Under the pieces are notes generated by a model. It worked only from the letters and a program-made list of their open reading frames with translations, did not search any database and was not told the origin of the DNA. Source: Longimicrobiales bacterium (GTDB lineage Bacteria; Gemmatimonadota; Gemmatimonadetes; Longimicrobiales; Gaopeijiaceae). From it: a DNA stretch of 64,000 nucleotides. Positions 9,774 through 21,154 of this stretch are shown here, one piece after another; position 1 is the first letter of the stretch; each line of letters begins with the position of its first letter. The stretch lies in the NCBI GenBank assembly GCA_965219445.1, contig CBDCNQ010000004.1, positions 608,001-672,000 of the forward strand, written 5' to 3'. A program made the translations under genes and the position numbers.

Positions 9774-10253
9774 ATGAAGACGCTCCGTACAGCCTTTTGC
9801 GCACTTTTCCTCGTCGCGCTAGTTGCGGCTCCGCCGGCGCAGGCTCAAACGCCCTGGCAAGTCGGCCCCCATCTGGGCGTGAACCTCGACAACGATGAGC
9901 TCCTTCTCGGCGCCGCGGGGCGACTTCACCTATCGTCGCTTCCCATCACGCTGAACCCGGGGTTCGAGTTCTATCCTGGTGTTGACCCCGGGTCCCTGTT
10001 TGTCCTGAACTTCGACGTCCAGTACCAGTTGGAGGCGGAGGACCTCGAACCGTACGTCGGCGGCGGAATTTCCGTGGACAGGATCTCGATAGCCGGTGTC
10101 TCGGACTGGGACGCCGGCCTCAACATCAAGGGTGGAGTGTCGTTCAACCCGAACAGTAGGACACGGCCCTACGTGGAAGCGGTTCTGAACTTCGCCCGTG
10201 ACAACGAAGCCCTGATCTTCAAGGGAGGCTTCCTCTTCACGATTGGCGGGTAG
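9774..10253 (+). CDS. Small outer-membrane beta-barrel protein (OmpA/OmpW-like fold)
   Basis: Signal peptide ending AQA, alternating amphipathic strands, PYVGGG motif, terminal strand KGGFLFTIGG; GAGG RBS. Confidence 0.8.
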   Translation: MKTLRTAFCALFLVALVAAPPAQAQTPWQVGPHLGVNLDNDELLLGAAGRLHLSSLPITLNPGFEFYPGVDPGSLFVLNFDVQYQLEAEDLEPYVGGGISVDRISIAGVSDWDAGLNIKGGVSFNPNSRTRPYVEAVLNFARDNEALIFKGGFLFTIGG

Positions 10254-10314
10254 CGCTCGGCTTCGATTGTCGGAGGACTCCTAGCCGGTCCAGCTTCTGT
10301 GTAGCGCGGTCGGA

Positions 10315-11313
10315 CTAAGGCCCAGCCAGCCATTCAACGGCCCGGCGGAGGCCCTCGGTCAAAGACACGGTCACCGAATAGCCCATTTGCCTCTGGATCT
10401 TGTCCAGGGAGGCGAGCGAGTCGCGCACGTCCCCCTCTCTCGCCGGCCCCGTCACGGATTTCACGCCCACCCGCGTGGCCTCCTGGATCGCCTCCCACAA
10501 CCGGTTGACCGAAATCCGCTCCCCGCAACCCACGTTGAAGACCTCCCCGGACACCGCCACGGCAGCTGCCGTACACGCCAACAGGTTCGCCCGAACGGCA
10601 TTCTCCACGTACGTGAAGTCCCGCGTCTGCTCGCCGTCTCCATCGATGGTGGGGCCCTCCCCCGTAAGCGCCTTAGTGATGAATATCGGAATCACCGCTG
10701 AGTACTGGGAGGAAGGGTCCTGCCGAGGGCCGAAGATGTTGAAGTAGCGCAGTACCACGGTCTCGAAACCGTAAATCAGGCTGAACGCCTTGCAGTAGTG
10801 CTCACCCGCCAGCTTGGCTACCGCGTAGGGTGAGCGCGGCAGCGCCGGCATGGTCTCGACCTTGGGGAGCGTGGGCGTGTCTCCGTAGGCAGAACTCGAA
10901 CCCGCATACACGAATCGCCTCACCCCCGCATCCCGCGCGGCGATCAGCATGTTCAGTGTTCCTGTCGCGCATGCTTCGTGGGAAGCAGCGGGATCTGCCA
11001 CGCTTCGCGGTACCGACGCCAGCGCCGCCTGGTGGAGCACGAACTCGATCCCCTCGCACGCTGATGCGCACGTCGCTGGATTTGTGATCGATCCCTCGAC
11101 GAGTTCGATCTCGCCAAGCAATCCGTCCAGGTTCTCCCACCTCCCCGTCGAAAAATCATCGAGAACGCGGACACTCGCCCCGTCCTCAACGAGTGCTTCC
11201 ACCAGATTCGAGCCGATGAACCCAGCACCACCGGTGACGAGGTATCGGGCCGGGGGAACGACCGGAAGCGCCGATCGCTCCTCCTCGATTACTGGAGCGC
11301 TTGTGGGCATCAT
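10315..11313 (-). CDS. NAD-dependent epimerase (WbpP/TviC-like UDP-GlcNAc(A) 4-epimerase)
   Basis: [46 protein letters not shown]...Y.AVIP. ATGA overlap with the upstream gene. Confidence 0.9.
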   Translation of the reverse strand: MMPTSAPVIEEERSALPVVPPARYLVTGGAGFIGSNLVEALVEDGASVRVLDDFSTGRWENLDGLLGEIELVEGSITNPATCASACEGIEFVLHQAALASVPRSVADPAASHEACATGTLNMLIAARDAGVRRFVYAGSSSAYGDTPTLPKVETMPALPRSPYAVAKLAGEHYCKAFSLIYGFETVVLRYFNIFGPRQDPSSQYSAVIPIFITKALTGEGPTIDGDGEQTRDFTYVENAVRANLLACTAAAVAVSGEVFNVGCGERISVNRLWEAIQEATRVGVKSVTGPAREGDVRDSLASLDKIQRQMGYSVTVSLTEGLRRAVEWLAGP

Positions 11314-12284
11314 TCGTCCGAGGTCAGCGGCCGGGCCCGAGCGTTCTCCGTCTCCACCAGCTTCCGGAAGTAGGGAATCGTCTTCTTCAGGCCCTCGTGG
11401 AGCGTCGTCACGGGCTCCCAACCAAGGATGTCGCGAGCCACCGAAATGTCGGGCTGACGCACCTGAGGATCGTCCTCCGGGAGCGGCAACGACTCGATCC
11501 CCGACCCTGAACCCGTCTCTGCGATCACCAACTCGGCCAACTTCGAGATCGTAAACTCGTCCGGATTGCCGATGTTCGTCGGGTCGACGTGGTCCGAGCG
11601 GAACAACCGAAAGATGCCATCGACCTCATCCTCGACGTAGCAGAAAGAGCGCGTCTGCGAGCCGTCTCCATAGATGGTGAGCGGCTCGTTCCGGAGCGCC
11701 TGCACGATGAAATTCGAGACCACCCGGCCGTCGGCGGGTCTCATAGAAATCCCGTACGTATTGAAGATCCGAACGATTCTCGTGTCGACACCGTGGTAAC
11801 GGTGGTACGCCATCGTCATCGCTTCGGCGAAGCGCTTTGCCTCGTCGTACACCCCACGGAGCCCCACCGGATTGACGTTTCCCCAGTAGTCCTCGGTCTG
11901 GGGATGGACCTCCGGATCCCCGTACACCTCCGACGTCGAAGCGAGGAGGAACCGCGCCGACTTCGCCAGAGCGAGGCCGAGCATGTTGTGTGTGCCCAGG
12001 CTGCCGACCTTCAGCGTCTGGATGGGAAGCTCGAGGTAGTCCACCGGGCTCGCGGGAGAGGCGAAGTGGAGGACCCCGTCCAACTCGTCGCCGACGTAGA
12101 GCGGCGTGGAAATATCGTGGCGCAGGAACGAAAAGCTTTCGTGTTCCTGGAGAGCGGCGATGTTTTCCTCGGAACCCGTGACGAAGTTGTCCACGCCGAC
12201 GACCTCGTACCCCTCGGTCAGGAAGCGCTCGGCCAGATGAGACCCGAGGAAGCCCGCAGCGCCGGTGATGAGGACGCGCTGCAC
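11310..12284 (-). CDS. UDP-glucuronic acid decarboxylase (UDP-xylose synthase family)
   Basis: [59 protein letters not shown]. Confidence 0.92.
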   Translation of the reverse strand: MQRVLITGAAGFLGSHLAERFLTEGYEVVGVDNFVTGSEENIAALQEHESFSFLRHDISTPLYVGDELDGVLHFASPASPVDYLELPIQTLKVGSLGTHNMLGLALAKSARFLLASTSEVYGDPEVHPQTEDYWGNVNPVGLRGVYDEAKRFAEAMTMAYHRYHGVDTRIVRIFNTYGISMRPADGRVVSNFIVQALRNEPLTIYGDGSQTRSFCYVEDEVDGIFRLFRSDHVDPTNIGNPDEFTISKLAELVIAETGSGSGIESLPLPEDDPQVRQPDISVARDILGWEPVTTLHEGLKKTIPYFRKLVETENARARPLTSDE

Positions 12285-12322
12285 CTCAGTCGATCCCTCT
12301 GCGAGTCACTCGTCCCTCCACG

Positions 12323-13651
12323 CTACGCCTGCCCGCTCTCGACCGAAACCGAGCACCGTCCCACTGAGTGGTACTCGAAGCCCAGTTCGGCCATGCGCTC
12401 GGGATCGTAGAGGTTTCGCCCGTCGAAGACGAGTGGCCGTGCCATCGCCACTTTCATGCGTTCGAAATCCGGCCGCCGGTAGGGACTCCATTCCGTGTGA
12501 ATGGCCAACGCGGCCGCACCCTCCAGGGTGGCGTAGTCGTCTTCGCACAGCTCGATTCGATCCCCGAACCGGCGCCGAGCCTCCTTCATCGCCTCAGGGT
12601 CGTGGGCCACCACGCGCGCGCCCCGCTCCAGCACCCCCTCGATCGTGATCAGGCTCGGCGCCTCGCGCATATCATCCGTGTTCGGCTTGAACGCCAGCCC
12701 CCAGACCGCAATCGTCATCCCGCTCAGGTCCGTGCCCAGGCATGTCACGAGTGCGCGGAGGAGCGAGCCTTTCTGGCGGTCGTTCAAGTCATCGACCGCC
12801 TGCAGGATCGACGGATCCGCCCCCAACTCGTCCATGGTTCGGATGAGCGCCTTCACGTCTTTTGGGAAACAGGATCCACCGTACCCCACACCCGGATAGA
12901 GGAAAGAGCGCCCTATGCGCTCGTCGCTCCCGATGCCGCGCCGCACCATGTCGATGTCGGCCCCCGTTCTCTCGCAGAGCCCCGCCACACCGTTCATGAA
13001 GCTGATCCGCGTCGCGAGCATCGCATTGGCAGCGTACTTGGTGATCTCGGCCGAAGCGATATCCATCATCAGGATTTGGTTCCCGCTCACGACGAAGGGC
13101 GCGTAGAGGTCGCGCAGCACATCCGCGGCGTACTCGCTGTCCACGCCCAGCACCACCCGGTCCGGCTTCATGAAGTCGTCGACCGCGGCCCCCTCCTTGA
13201 GGAACTCCGGATTGGAGCACACGTGGACCCGATGATCGGTCTCGGCTTCGATGGCGTCCCGAACTCTCGCCGCCGTCCCCACCGGAACGGTGCTCTTGGT
13301 GATCACGATCCGCTCGCCATCCATCGAAGCGCCGATGGTCCTCGCGGCCTCGAGCACATGCTGCAGGTCGGCAGAGCCGTCTTCGTCAGGGGGTGTGCCG
13401 ACCGCGACGAAGATGATCGCAGAGGCCCGCACAGCTTCCGGGATATCCGTAGTGAAACGCAGGCGGCCCGAGCGGAGGTTCCGTGAGACCAACACCTCGA
13501 GCCCCGGCTCGTAGATGGGGATCTCGCCTGCTTTCAGCCCGGCGATCTTTCCATCAATGATGTCGGCACAGACGACGTCGTTGCCGGTTTCAGCCAGGCA
13601 AGCCCCGGCCACTAGGCCGACGTATCCGGTACCGATGACTGCGATATGCAT
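12323..13651 (-). CDS. ugd: UDP-glucose 6-dehydrogenase
   Basis: [47 protein letters not shown]. Confidence 0.95.
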   Translation of the reverse strand: MHIAVIGTGYVGLVAGACLAETGNDVVCADIIDGKIAGLKAGEIPIYEPGLEVLVSRNLRSGRLRFTTDIPEAVRASAIIFVAVGTPPDEDGSADLQHVLEAARTIGASMDGERIVITKSTVPVGTAARVRDAIEAETDHRVHVCSNPEFLKEGAAVDDFMKPDRVVLGVDSEYAADVLRDLYAPFVVSGNQILMMDIASAEITKYAANAMLATRISFMNGVAGLCERTGADIDMVRRGIGSDERIGRSFLYPGVGYGGSCFPKDVKALIRTMDELGADPSILQAVDDLNDRQKGSLLRALVTCLGTDLSGMTIAVWGLAFKPNTDDMREAPSLITIEGVLERGARVVAHDPEAMKEARRRFGDRIELCEDDYATLEGAAALAIHTEWSPYRRPDFERMKVAMARPLVFDGRNLYDPERMAELGFEYHSVGRCSVSVESGQA

Positions 13652-14040
13652 GGGAGATCCGCGTTTCCCGTCTTTTCGAAGCCAAGGATGGCCTTTCCGG
13701 TGCGGCGGCCCCAGTGAATGGGGACTTTCAAAGCATCTTACGCCTCTTCACCCGCGTCAAGCTTGCAAGATCGCGTCACCCAGGTCGCTCGGCGGTCTGG
13801 GCTGGCGCCTCTCTCTCTCGACTTCGGCCCTTCGGCTCCGGAAGAGATCGACGACCCTGCAATCAGACCACAGGCGTGAGGCCTCGTGTTGACCGGTTTG
13901 GTCGTTCCCTTCATGTTAGCCCGACCCTTGAAAGGGCTTTTGTCTTGGCTATCCTTGCTGCTTTGGGGTAATCCCCCGTGCGAATCCGCAGGAAAATTCT
14001 CAGAGAATCGAGTCATCTTAGTTGCCGTCGTTGCCTCCGG

Positions 14041-16243
14041 ATGGGACAGCAACTCGTGAGGGCGGCGGTGCTGTGCGTTGCAGCGGGACTTGCGACCGCA
14101 ATTGGCGCCTCAGCGCAGATCCCGAGCGCCGCGGAAGCTCGCCGACTGGTCCAAGAGAATCCGGAACTGGTGCGCGAGCAAATTCTCCAGTCGGGGCTCA
14201 GCCAAAGCGAGATCCGGGCCCGACTCGCGGCGTTCGGCCTCCCCCCCGACGCCCTCGATCAGTTTCTCTCCGGAGACTCCATCGACATGATCACCGCGTT
14301 CGACGACAACGCGCTGAGCGCTTTGGAAAGGCTGGGAATCGCAGTTGAGACTGTGGACGGGCTCGAACTCGTGGAAGTGACCTCTGGCTTGCAGCCGCAA
14401 CCGGCTCGGGAGCAGATTCTCATCAACGGCCTGCCTATCTTCGGTCTCGACATCTTCACCCGGGCGAGCACCCAGTTCCAACCCCTTCTCTCAGGCCCGG
14501 TGCCTGACGAATATCTGCTCGGACCCAATGACCGGATCGTTGTGATACTCACGGGCGACGTCGAGTTGACGCACGAGCTGGTTGTAACGCGAGAAGGCTT
14601 CATAGTCGTGCCGACCGTCGGTCGGATCTCCGTGGCGAATCTTACGATGGCCGAACTCAGGCTTCTGCTTCGGAACCGGCTGGCCGACTCGTATTCGGGC
14701 ATCACCCTCGGCACGACGTTTGTCGATGTGACGATCACCGAGGTTCGCAGCATTCAAATCTACGTCACGGGTGAGGTGGCTCAGGCCGGCGCGTATCAAT
14801 TGGCATCTGTGGCCACGGTGACGAACGCACTCTACGCCGCGGGTGGTCCCACAGAGCTGGCTAGCCTTCGCCAGATCAATGTCCAGAGGCGCGACGGGGA
14901 CAAAGTCACCCTCGACCTCTACCCGTATCTGCTCGACGGTGACGTGTCCGGAGACGTCATCCTGCAGCAGGGGGGACAACGTCTTCGTCCCGCTGAAGGA
15001 TCGACGGGTACAGCTTCACGGGGCCGTCGTGCGACCGGCCCATTACGAATTGGACGCCGATAACGATCTGATCGATGTTCTGAACGCATCCGGGGGCTTC
15101 GCACCCGAGGCGAACCGTCAGCGCGTGACGATCCATCGGGTGGTGCGCCCGAGCGAGCGGGGACCGGGATCGAGCGATCGGATCGCCATCGATCTAGCTT
15201 TGACGCCGTCGACGGATCCAGCTGAGCCGAGACACCTCGGGGGCGTCGTCATCCCACCCATCGGACTACAGGATGGCGACTCCATCGTCGTCGATGACGT
15301 GTTGGGCCTCAGAGATAGCTACCATGTGTCGATCACCGGGATGGTCGCAGCTCCCGACACGTTCGCGTGGCGGGAAGGGATGACAGTCCGCGACCTGATG
15401 CTTCTGGCTCGGGGGCCGACCGTCGGGGCCGATTTGCGCGCGGCACAGGTTTCGCGCCTCCCCGACCAGCGGGGGCTCGGTGAGCTTGCCGACGCATTAC
15501 TGGTCCCGTTGGACTCCACCTATCTGAGCCGTGCGCCCGATGGACGGTACGTGGGCCCGCCAGGAGTGGCCTTCCCCCCGCCCGGATCCAGCCCCGAGTT
15601 CACGCTCCAGCCGTTCGACCAAGTTCTCATTCTAAAGCAGCCCGAATTCGAGATGCCTCAATCGGTCAAGATCACTGGTGAGGTGGCGGTTCCCGGCGAG
15701 TACACGCTCCTGACCAAGAACGACCACGTAATCGACCTTATAGGCCGAGCCAACGGCTTGTTGGATACGGGGTACCCCGAAGGCGGACGGTTCTTTCGGC
15801 CACAGGACGGCCTCGGCCGTATGAACGTTGATCTTCCCACCGCTCTCGTTGATCCTTCGAGCCAGGCCAACATACTTCTACAGCCTGGGGATTCTCTACA
15901 CATCCCCGAATACTCGCCCACCGTGGTCGTCACGGGCGCTGTGAACTCACCTGTGGCTGTCCTCTTCCGCGAGGGGGAAGACTTCGACTACTACCTGGCC
16001 AACGCAGGCGGATACAGAAGCGACGCGGACAAGGGAAGGGTGTCGGTGCGGTACGCGAATGGTCTGGCGCAAACTCGGTCCAAATTCTTGTTCTGGTCGA
16101 GTTATCCGACGCCTGGACCGGGAAGCGTGGTGACGGTACCAGCCACAGACCCCTCCGACCGATTCGACACGCGGGGACTGATCACGGATCTCGTGTCGAT
16201 CCTGACGTCGGTCACGACGCTGATCGTGGTTCTGGCGCGATGA
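14041..16243 (+). pseudogene. Polysaccharide export protein (Poly_export plus multiple SLBB domains; Wza/KpsD-like), frameshifted at a G6 run (14970-14975)
   Basis: Signal peptide and YLLGPNDRI...G.VTREG.I..P.VG; SLBB repeats continue in another frame. Removing one G gives LQQGDNVFVP and a ~733-aa ORF. Confidence 0.8.
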
Positions 16244-16491
16244 CGTCGGGCGAAGGGCGGCACGACCGAACGATCGAAGTGCGGGTCAGCGATGGACGGG
16301 TTGAGGCCGATGCCAGTCAGACGCCGACCTCACTTCAGCGCGGGAGCTGATTCAGGCAAACCGGGGTAGGAGTTCCTGTTCGGAGAGGTGTTGGCCAGTG
16401 AGGCGGAGGGTCTCTTGTTGGGCACGGATTTGGGCGTGGGCAAGGTGGGGTGACAGGCCCACCAGAGTAGCTAGGCGTTTCATCGGACTCT

Positions 16492-17628
16492 TCATCCGGC
16501 CGAACGCTTGAATGGACGGCGAAGGAAACGGGGCAGGTCACTCACCGCTTCACTCCATAAGGAAGACAATTCGTCCAATTGCGAACTGTCCCGCATGCGG
16601 TCTTCCTCGCGGTAGTTCATGACGAAGGCGAGAAACACGCCAAACATCGCCCCAATACTCATACCCACCAAGACAATTACGACCCGTCTCTTCGGATCTC
16701 GAAGTGCAGGTACTCGCGGGGACTCAATCAAAGTGATCACCGGCGTATTGCGGACCTCCTCAATGCGAGCGCTCTCGAACGCTTCCGCCAACGAGGTCAC
16801 GAGTTGCTGGCGCATCGCTACCGCACGCTGCAGTCGATCATGCTCAAACTCGAGCGACGGCGAATTAGTGAATAGTCGGTTCTCTAGGAGGAAATTCTTG
16901 AAACTGTCCTCAGCCTCTCGAAGTTCGCTGTTTAATTGGGCTAGCCGCCCCCCAGCGAACAGTCGCTCTGCACCCGCCTGGGACTGTCGAGTCGTCACGT
17001 CGAAGTCGTTTACGAGTTCGAGGATGAGTGCCGCCAATGCCTGAGAGACCATTGGATCGGACGTAGTAACGGAGAAGCTTACGATTCCCGTCTCGCGGTC
17101 AGTGCTCACGGAAAGTGCACCAATCAGCCTCGTTATGGCTCGCCCGATTCGCTCTTCGACAGTCTCCCCTCCGACCTCGTAAAAGGTGATGAGATCCATT
17201 TCTTCGGAGGCCCCTTCAGTCGGACGCAGAAAATGTCGCGTCGTGGCCTGCCGTAGAATTTCTCTTGAGGTCACGAGATCGGCATAGAACTGAGGAGAGC
17301 GCTCCCCGCCCCGCCCGCTCCCCAATGCGAACCCGAACTGCTGGGCAAGCGCCAAGGCGCCGGACGGCGCGACTCCTCCGGTACTCTCCGGGAGAAACGA
17401 AGCTGAAGAAGTGTAGAGTGCGGGCCTTTTGAGTGCTATACCCAGGCTAACACCCGTACACAGAAGAATCGCCCAAAGAACCACCCTTCGCTGGCGTAGG
17501 AGGACGCTTGCAATCTCCACTAGTGAGACTTCGTCATCCAGCCTGCGAGGGTCGACAGTCTTTGCTGCGTTTTCCACCCTGGGGTGAGATGTGAAGCCTT
17601 CCTGCCCTGGATACTCTCGGTCCACCAT
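16492..17628 (-). CDS. Wzz/GumC-like polysaccharide chain-length determinant
   Basis: DDEVSLVEIASVLLRQR, N-terminal TM, coiled-coil, and P..P...PKR plus C-terminal TM with G.MFG. Confidence 0.85.
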   Translation of the reverse strand: MVDREYPGQEGFTSHPRVENAAKTVDPRRLDDEVSLVEIASVLLRQRRVVLWAILLCTGVSLGIALKRPALYTSSASFLPESTGGVAPSGALALAQQFGFALGSGRGGERSPQFYADLVTSREILRQATTRHFLRPTEGASEEMDLITFYEVGGETVEERIGRAITRLIGALSVSTDRETGIVSFSVTTSDPMVSQALAALILELVNDFDVTTRQSQAGAERLFAGGRLAQLNSELREAEDSFKNFLLENRLFTNSPSLEFEHDRLQRAVAMRQQLVTSLAEAFESARIEEVRNTPVITLIESPRVPALRDPKRRVVIVLVGMSIGAMFGVFLAFVMNYREEDRMRDSSQLDELSSLWSEAVSDLPRFLRRPFKRSAG

Positions 17629-17673
17629 ACCAATGAATGCTCATGATTAGTTTGGTCCGGAAAAGAGCGGCTA

Positions 17674-17866
17674 AACTAGGCCCAGGCTTCTCTTGTGTAA
17701 AGCAACTTGGTATTGACGAACACCACCCCAGAACGGCCTTGGGAACATCCGTTTGACTGGTCAGGAGCACTTGAACTAGGCCCAGGCTTCCCTTGTGTGA
17801 AGCGAACACGGTCTTGACGAGTACCACCCCCTCAACAAGTTTGGGAACATCCGCCTGACCATGAGC
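17674..17866. repeat. Two imperfect tandem direct repeats, period 100 bp, non-coding
   Basis: AACTAGGCCCAGGCTTC(T/C)CTTGTGT(A/G)AAGC starts at 17674 and 17774. Both copies continue with TTGACGA..ACCACCCC...TTGGGAACATCCG..TGAC. Confidence 0.9.
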
Positions 17867-18200
17867 GTTCTACGCTCTATAGGTTAGGCACAGCGCTCGA
17901 AGGGCCAGGGTTGGTGAGTCGGCTATCCTCAGCCTCGAAATCCGGGAGGCGTAGGCATTCTGAACGAAGCAAATCCTGGCAAGAGATCCATGGCCCGCCC
18001 CGCTCAGATCGAGACTAGACGTGCGATGCGTTACGACGGTGCATCAGATGAGAGGCTAACCAAGACCCGTCGGGACCAGGCCACGATACTTGCCAGCGCG
18101 TTTGGTCTGGAATGACCTCGGTTGCATCCGGACGAGCTCCATATCGTCAGGCTCAAGTGCGAGTTCGAGACGGCCTGAATCCAAATGGCAGTGAAGCGTC

Positions 18201-18752
18201 ATGACGGTTCTCTGCGTCATTGGTGCCCGGGAGGGAAGTAAGGGGGTACCTGGCAAGAACGTCCGGCCGCTACTCGGCAAACCACTGATTACGTGGTCGA
18301 TCGAGCAAGCATTGGCCGCACCTGAAATCGACCGGTTGGTCGTAAGTACCGATTCCGAACAAATCGCCGATGTGGCCCGCGGCGCCGGTGCAGAGGTCCC
18401 GTTCCTGCGTCCACGGAAGTTGGCGAAGGCCGCAGTTGGCAAGTTCCAGGTGTGGCAGCACGCTCTCGCCGCGTGCGAGGAGTATTTTGGCGAGCAGTAC
18501 GAATGCCTGGTGGACTTGGACTGCACTAACCCCCTGAGGGATGTGCAGGACATCTCGAACACGATCAGTCAGTTCCGCGCTGGCCGGAAACGGGGTGTTG
18601 AGGCGGTCTTCGCTATTTGTGAGGCGCGCAAGAACCCCTATTTCAATCTGGTCGAAGCCGACGAGTATGGGGCACTCAAGATGAGCAAACAGCTCGACAC
18701 AACGGTGGTGAGGCGGCAAGCGGCCCCCCCGGTCTACGAGCACGTGGCCTGA
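18201..18752 (+). pseudogene. Acylneuraminate cytidylyltransferase family (NeuA/PseF-like), C-terminally truncated
   Basis: IGAREGSKGVPGKN, VVSTDS, VPFLRP, NPYFN...RRQ.AP.VY. Stops at 183 aa without the C-terminal segment that normally carries the DID motif. Confidence 0.7.
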
Positions 18753-18914
18753 GGGGCCACCTCGATCGTACCCAGGAGACATCTTCAAAACGTTGCCCGG
18801 TCTGACGGTCGAAGAGCCAGCGACGAGGGCGGCCTCCATCCGTTCAGTTCCCCAAAAAGATTAACTTGTTGTGGGCCGCACACCAGATGTTTCTTCTACG
18901 GATGGACGAAGCGG

Positions 18915-19025
18915 CCGTCATGTCGCACCTGGCCTCCGTCCGGCAACATAGCCTGGCATCCGGCCTCGAACAAACGCTGCTCCAGGCCCGAGCGATGAAG
19001 CGCCGGCACCCCCGGGGTGACTGAA
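18915..19025 (-). pseudogene. Degenerate fragment of an adenylyl-sulfate kinase (CysC) domain
   Basis: Minus strand reads IARA/LEQRLFEAGCQAMLPDGGQVRH with a 1-nt slip, resembling the CysC segment STIARALE.RLF..G....LDGD.VRH. Confidence 0.5.
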
Positions 19026-19057
19026 CCTCAATCCGCTATCGGACCTCGCGTCAGGCA

Positions 19058-20785
19058 TCACGGCTCCGCGGCACCGATATACCCTTCTTTCTCCAGATGC
19101 AGAAAGATCTGCTGAGCCGCTTCCTCCGGCGAGATATCGGTCGTATCGATGCGGATGGCGGGATGCTTTGGCGCCTCGTATGGATCGGAGATCCCGGTGA
19201 ATTCCTTGATGATGCCGGCGCGTGCCTTGGCGTAGAGCCCCTTACGGTCCCGCTGCTCGCAGACTTCTATGGGAGTGGCGATGTGGACGAGAACGTATCC
19301 CCCCAGGGCGGAAATGAGCTTACGATTCTCTCTTCTGATCGCGGTATACGGCGCGATCGGGGCACAGATCGCGATCCCGCCCGCCTTGGTGATTTCCGAC
19401 GCCACGTACCCGATGCGCCGGATGTTCAGATCCCGGTGCTCCTTACTGAAGCCGAGCTCCGAAGAGAGGTTCTTGCGCACGTGGTCGCCATCCAGGAGGG
19501 TGACGGGCCGGCCGCCCATCTCCAAAAGCTTGACCCGGAGGACGTTGGCGACTGTCGACTTTCCCGAACCCGAAAGCCCAGTGAAGAAAACCGTGAATCC
19601 CTGCCGGTGCCGGGGCGGATGGCTTCTACGTAACTCCCGCTCCACGTCCGGAAAGGTGAACCAGTCCGGAATGCTTCGACCGTCCGCCAAGCGGTCACGC
19701 AGCTCGGTGCCGGAGATAGACTTCGGCTCGACGCCCTCCGGCACTTCATCGACGGGCATGTATTCGGCCCGGTCTTGGACGTAGACCATGAGTCGAAACG
19801 GGACCATCTGAACGCCCAGCTCCTCCTCGTGCTCGCTCATCAACTCCTGAGCGTCGTAGGGCCCGTAGAACGGCGTCTCCGAGGAGTCATTCCCGGGGCC
19901 GGCATGATCCCTACCTACAATCAGGTGGGTGCACCCATGGTTCTTCCGGATGATGGCATGCCAGAGTGCCTCCTTCGGACCCGCCATCCGCATCGCCAGA
20001 TTGAGCAACGCAAGCTTGGCCGTGAACTGAGGGTACGTGCCCAAAAGCGCCTCATAGCACCGCACTCGGGTGAAGTGGTCTACGTCGCCCGGCTTGGTCA
20101 TGCCTACGACGGGATGGATCAGGAGATTCACGCCGACCTCTTTCGAGGCCCTGAGCGTCAACTCCTGGTGGGCACGGTGCATGGGGTTTCGGGTCTGGAA
20201 CGCCACGATCTTCCGCCATCCCAGTCGCGCAAAGTCGTGACGGAGCTCAAGCGGCGTGCTCCGGAGCTCACGGAAATCGTAGTGGCTGGGGCCTTGGACA
20301 CCCTCGACGCGGCCCCCCACGTACACGGGGTTCGACCCCTCCAACAGGTATGCGGCGCCCGGATGCTCCGGATTCGCGGTACCGAACACCTGTTCGGCCT
20401 CCTGCGCCCGGTCGGGCCGCCAGATCTCTTCGACGTGGAGCACGGCAAGCATGACGCCTTCGGGGTCACGCAGAGCCACGGGAGAGCCGACTTCGAGTCC
20501 TTCCGCACACGCTTCGTCGACGTCCAGGGTGATGGGTATCGGCCAGAGCGTCCCGTCCGCCAACCGCATGCTCTCACACACGCTCCCGTAATCGGACGGG
20601 GTCAGGAATCCGTCGAGCGGTGAAAATCCACCGCTCATGAGCAACTCGAGATCGCACATTTGTCGGGCGGTAAGGTCCCAGGAGGGCCAATCCCGTGAGG
20701 CCTCCTGCAGCTCGGAGGCGCGCTCCGGCGGCACGATCACTTGTATGAGCTCGCCGCCGTGAGGAGCAATCAGATGCTCGGTCAT
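19058..20785 (-). CDS. sat: Bifunctional sulfate adenylyltransferase / adenylyl-sulfate kinase (Sat-CysC fusion)
   Basis: FQTRNPMHRAH and IVGRDHAG (Sat), followed by FFTGLSGSGKST, LLDGD.VR..LSSELGFS, FTGISDPYE (CysC). Confidence 0.96.
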   Translation of the reverse strand: MTEHLIAPHGGELIQVIVPPERASELQEASRDWPSWDLTARQMCDLELLMSGGFSPLDGFLTPSDYGSVCESMRLADGTLWPIPITLDVDEACAEGLEVGSPVALRDPEGVMLAVLHVEEIWRPDRAQEAEQVFGTANPEHPGAAYLLEGSNPVYVGGRVEGVQGPSHYDFRELRSTPLELRHDFARLGWRKIVAFQTRNPMHRAHQELTLRASKEVGVNLLIHPVVGMTKPGDVDHFTRVRCYEALLGTYPQFTAKLALLNLAMRMAGPKEALWHAIIRKNHGCTHLIVGRDHAGPGNDSSETPFYGPYDAQELMSEHEEELGVQMVPFRLMVYVQDRAEYMPVDEVPEGVEPKSISGTELRDRLADGRSIPDWFTFPDVERELRRSHPPRHRQGFTVFFTGLSGSGKSTVANVLRVKLLEMGGRPVTLLDGDHVRKNLSSELGFSKEHRDLNIRRIGYVASEITKAGGIAICAPIAPYTAIRRENRKLISALGGYVLVHIATPIEVCEQRDRKGLYAKARAGIIKEFTGISDPYEAPKHPAIRIDTTDISPEEAAQQIFLHLEKEGYIGAAEP

Positions 20786-21154
20786 GGCATTACGGGGGGC
20801 ACAGAGCCCCGCGAGAAGATCATCATAAGGAAGTGCTTCAGGTTGGATGGGTGGCGAACGTCATCCTTCGGTGAGGAAGCTACCGAAAACGTGACGGCCT
20901 GGCCACATGTCCCGACGGGGGACCAGCCCTGTTGTGGAAGGGGGCACCCTAACGATTATGAAACAAATGTTTCCAGATCGGAATCCGAACATACAAAGGA
21001 AAAGAAACCTCGGTCACTTCAGTATGACCCGCTAACAGCAAGTAATATAGCCATTTATGAGCTGAGGGGCTTGCTCTGCTTGTCGAAGTGAGAGCCACCA
21101 CTTACATTGTCCGCGAAAAACAAATATTTCCAACGACCCGCACCAGAGTTTGGC

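Noticed and set aside
17674..17866. CRISPR array interpretation of the 100-bp repeats
   Set aside because: Only two units, similarity extends along the whole unit with no unique spacers, and no cas genes are present.
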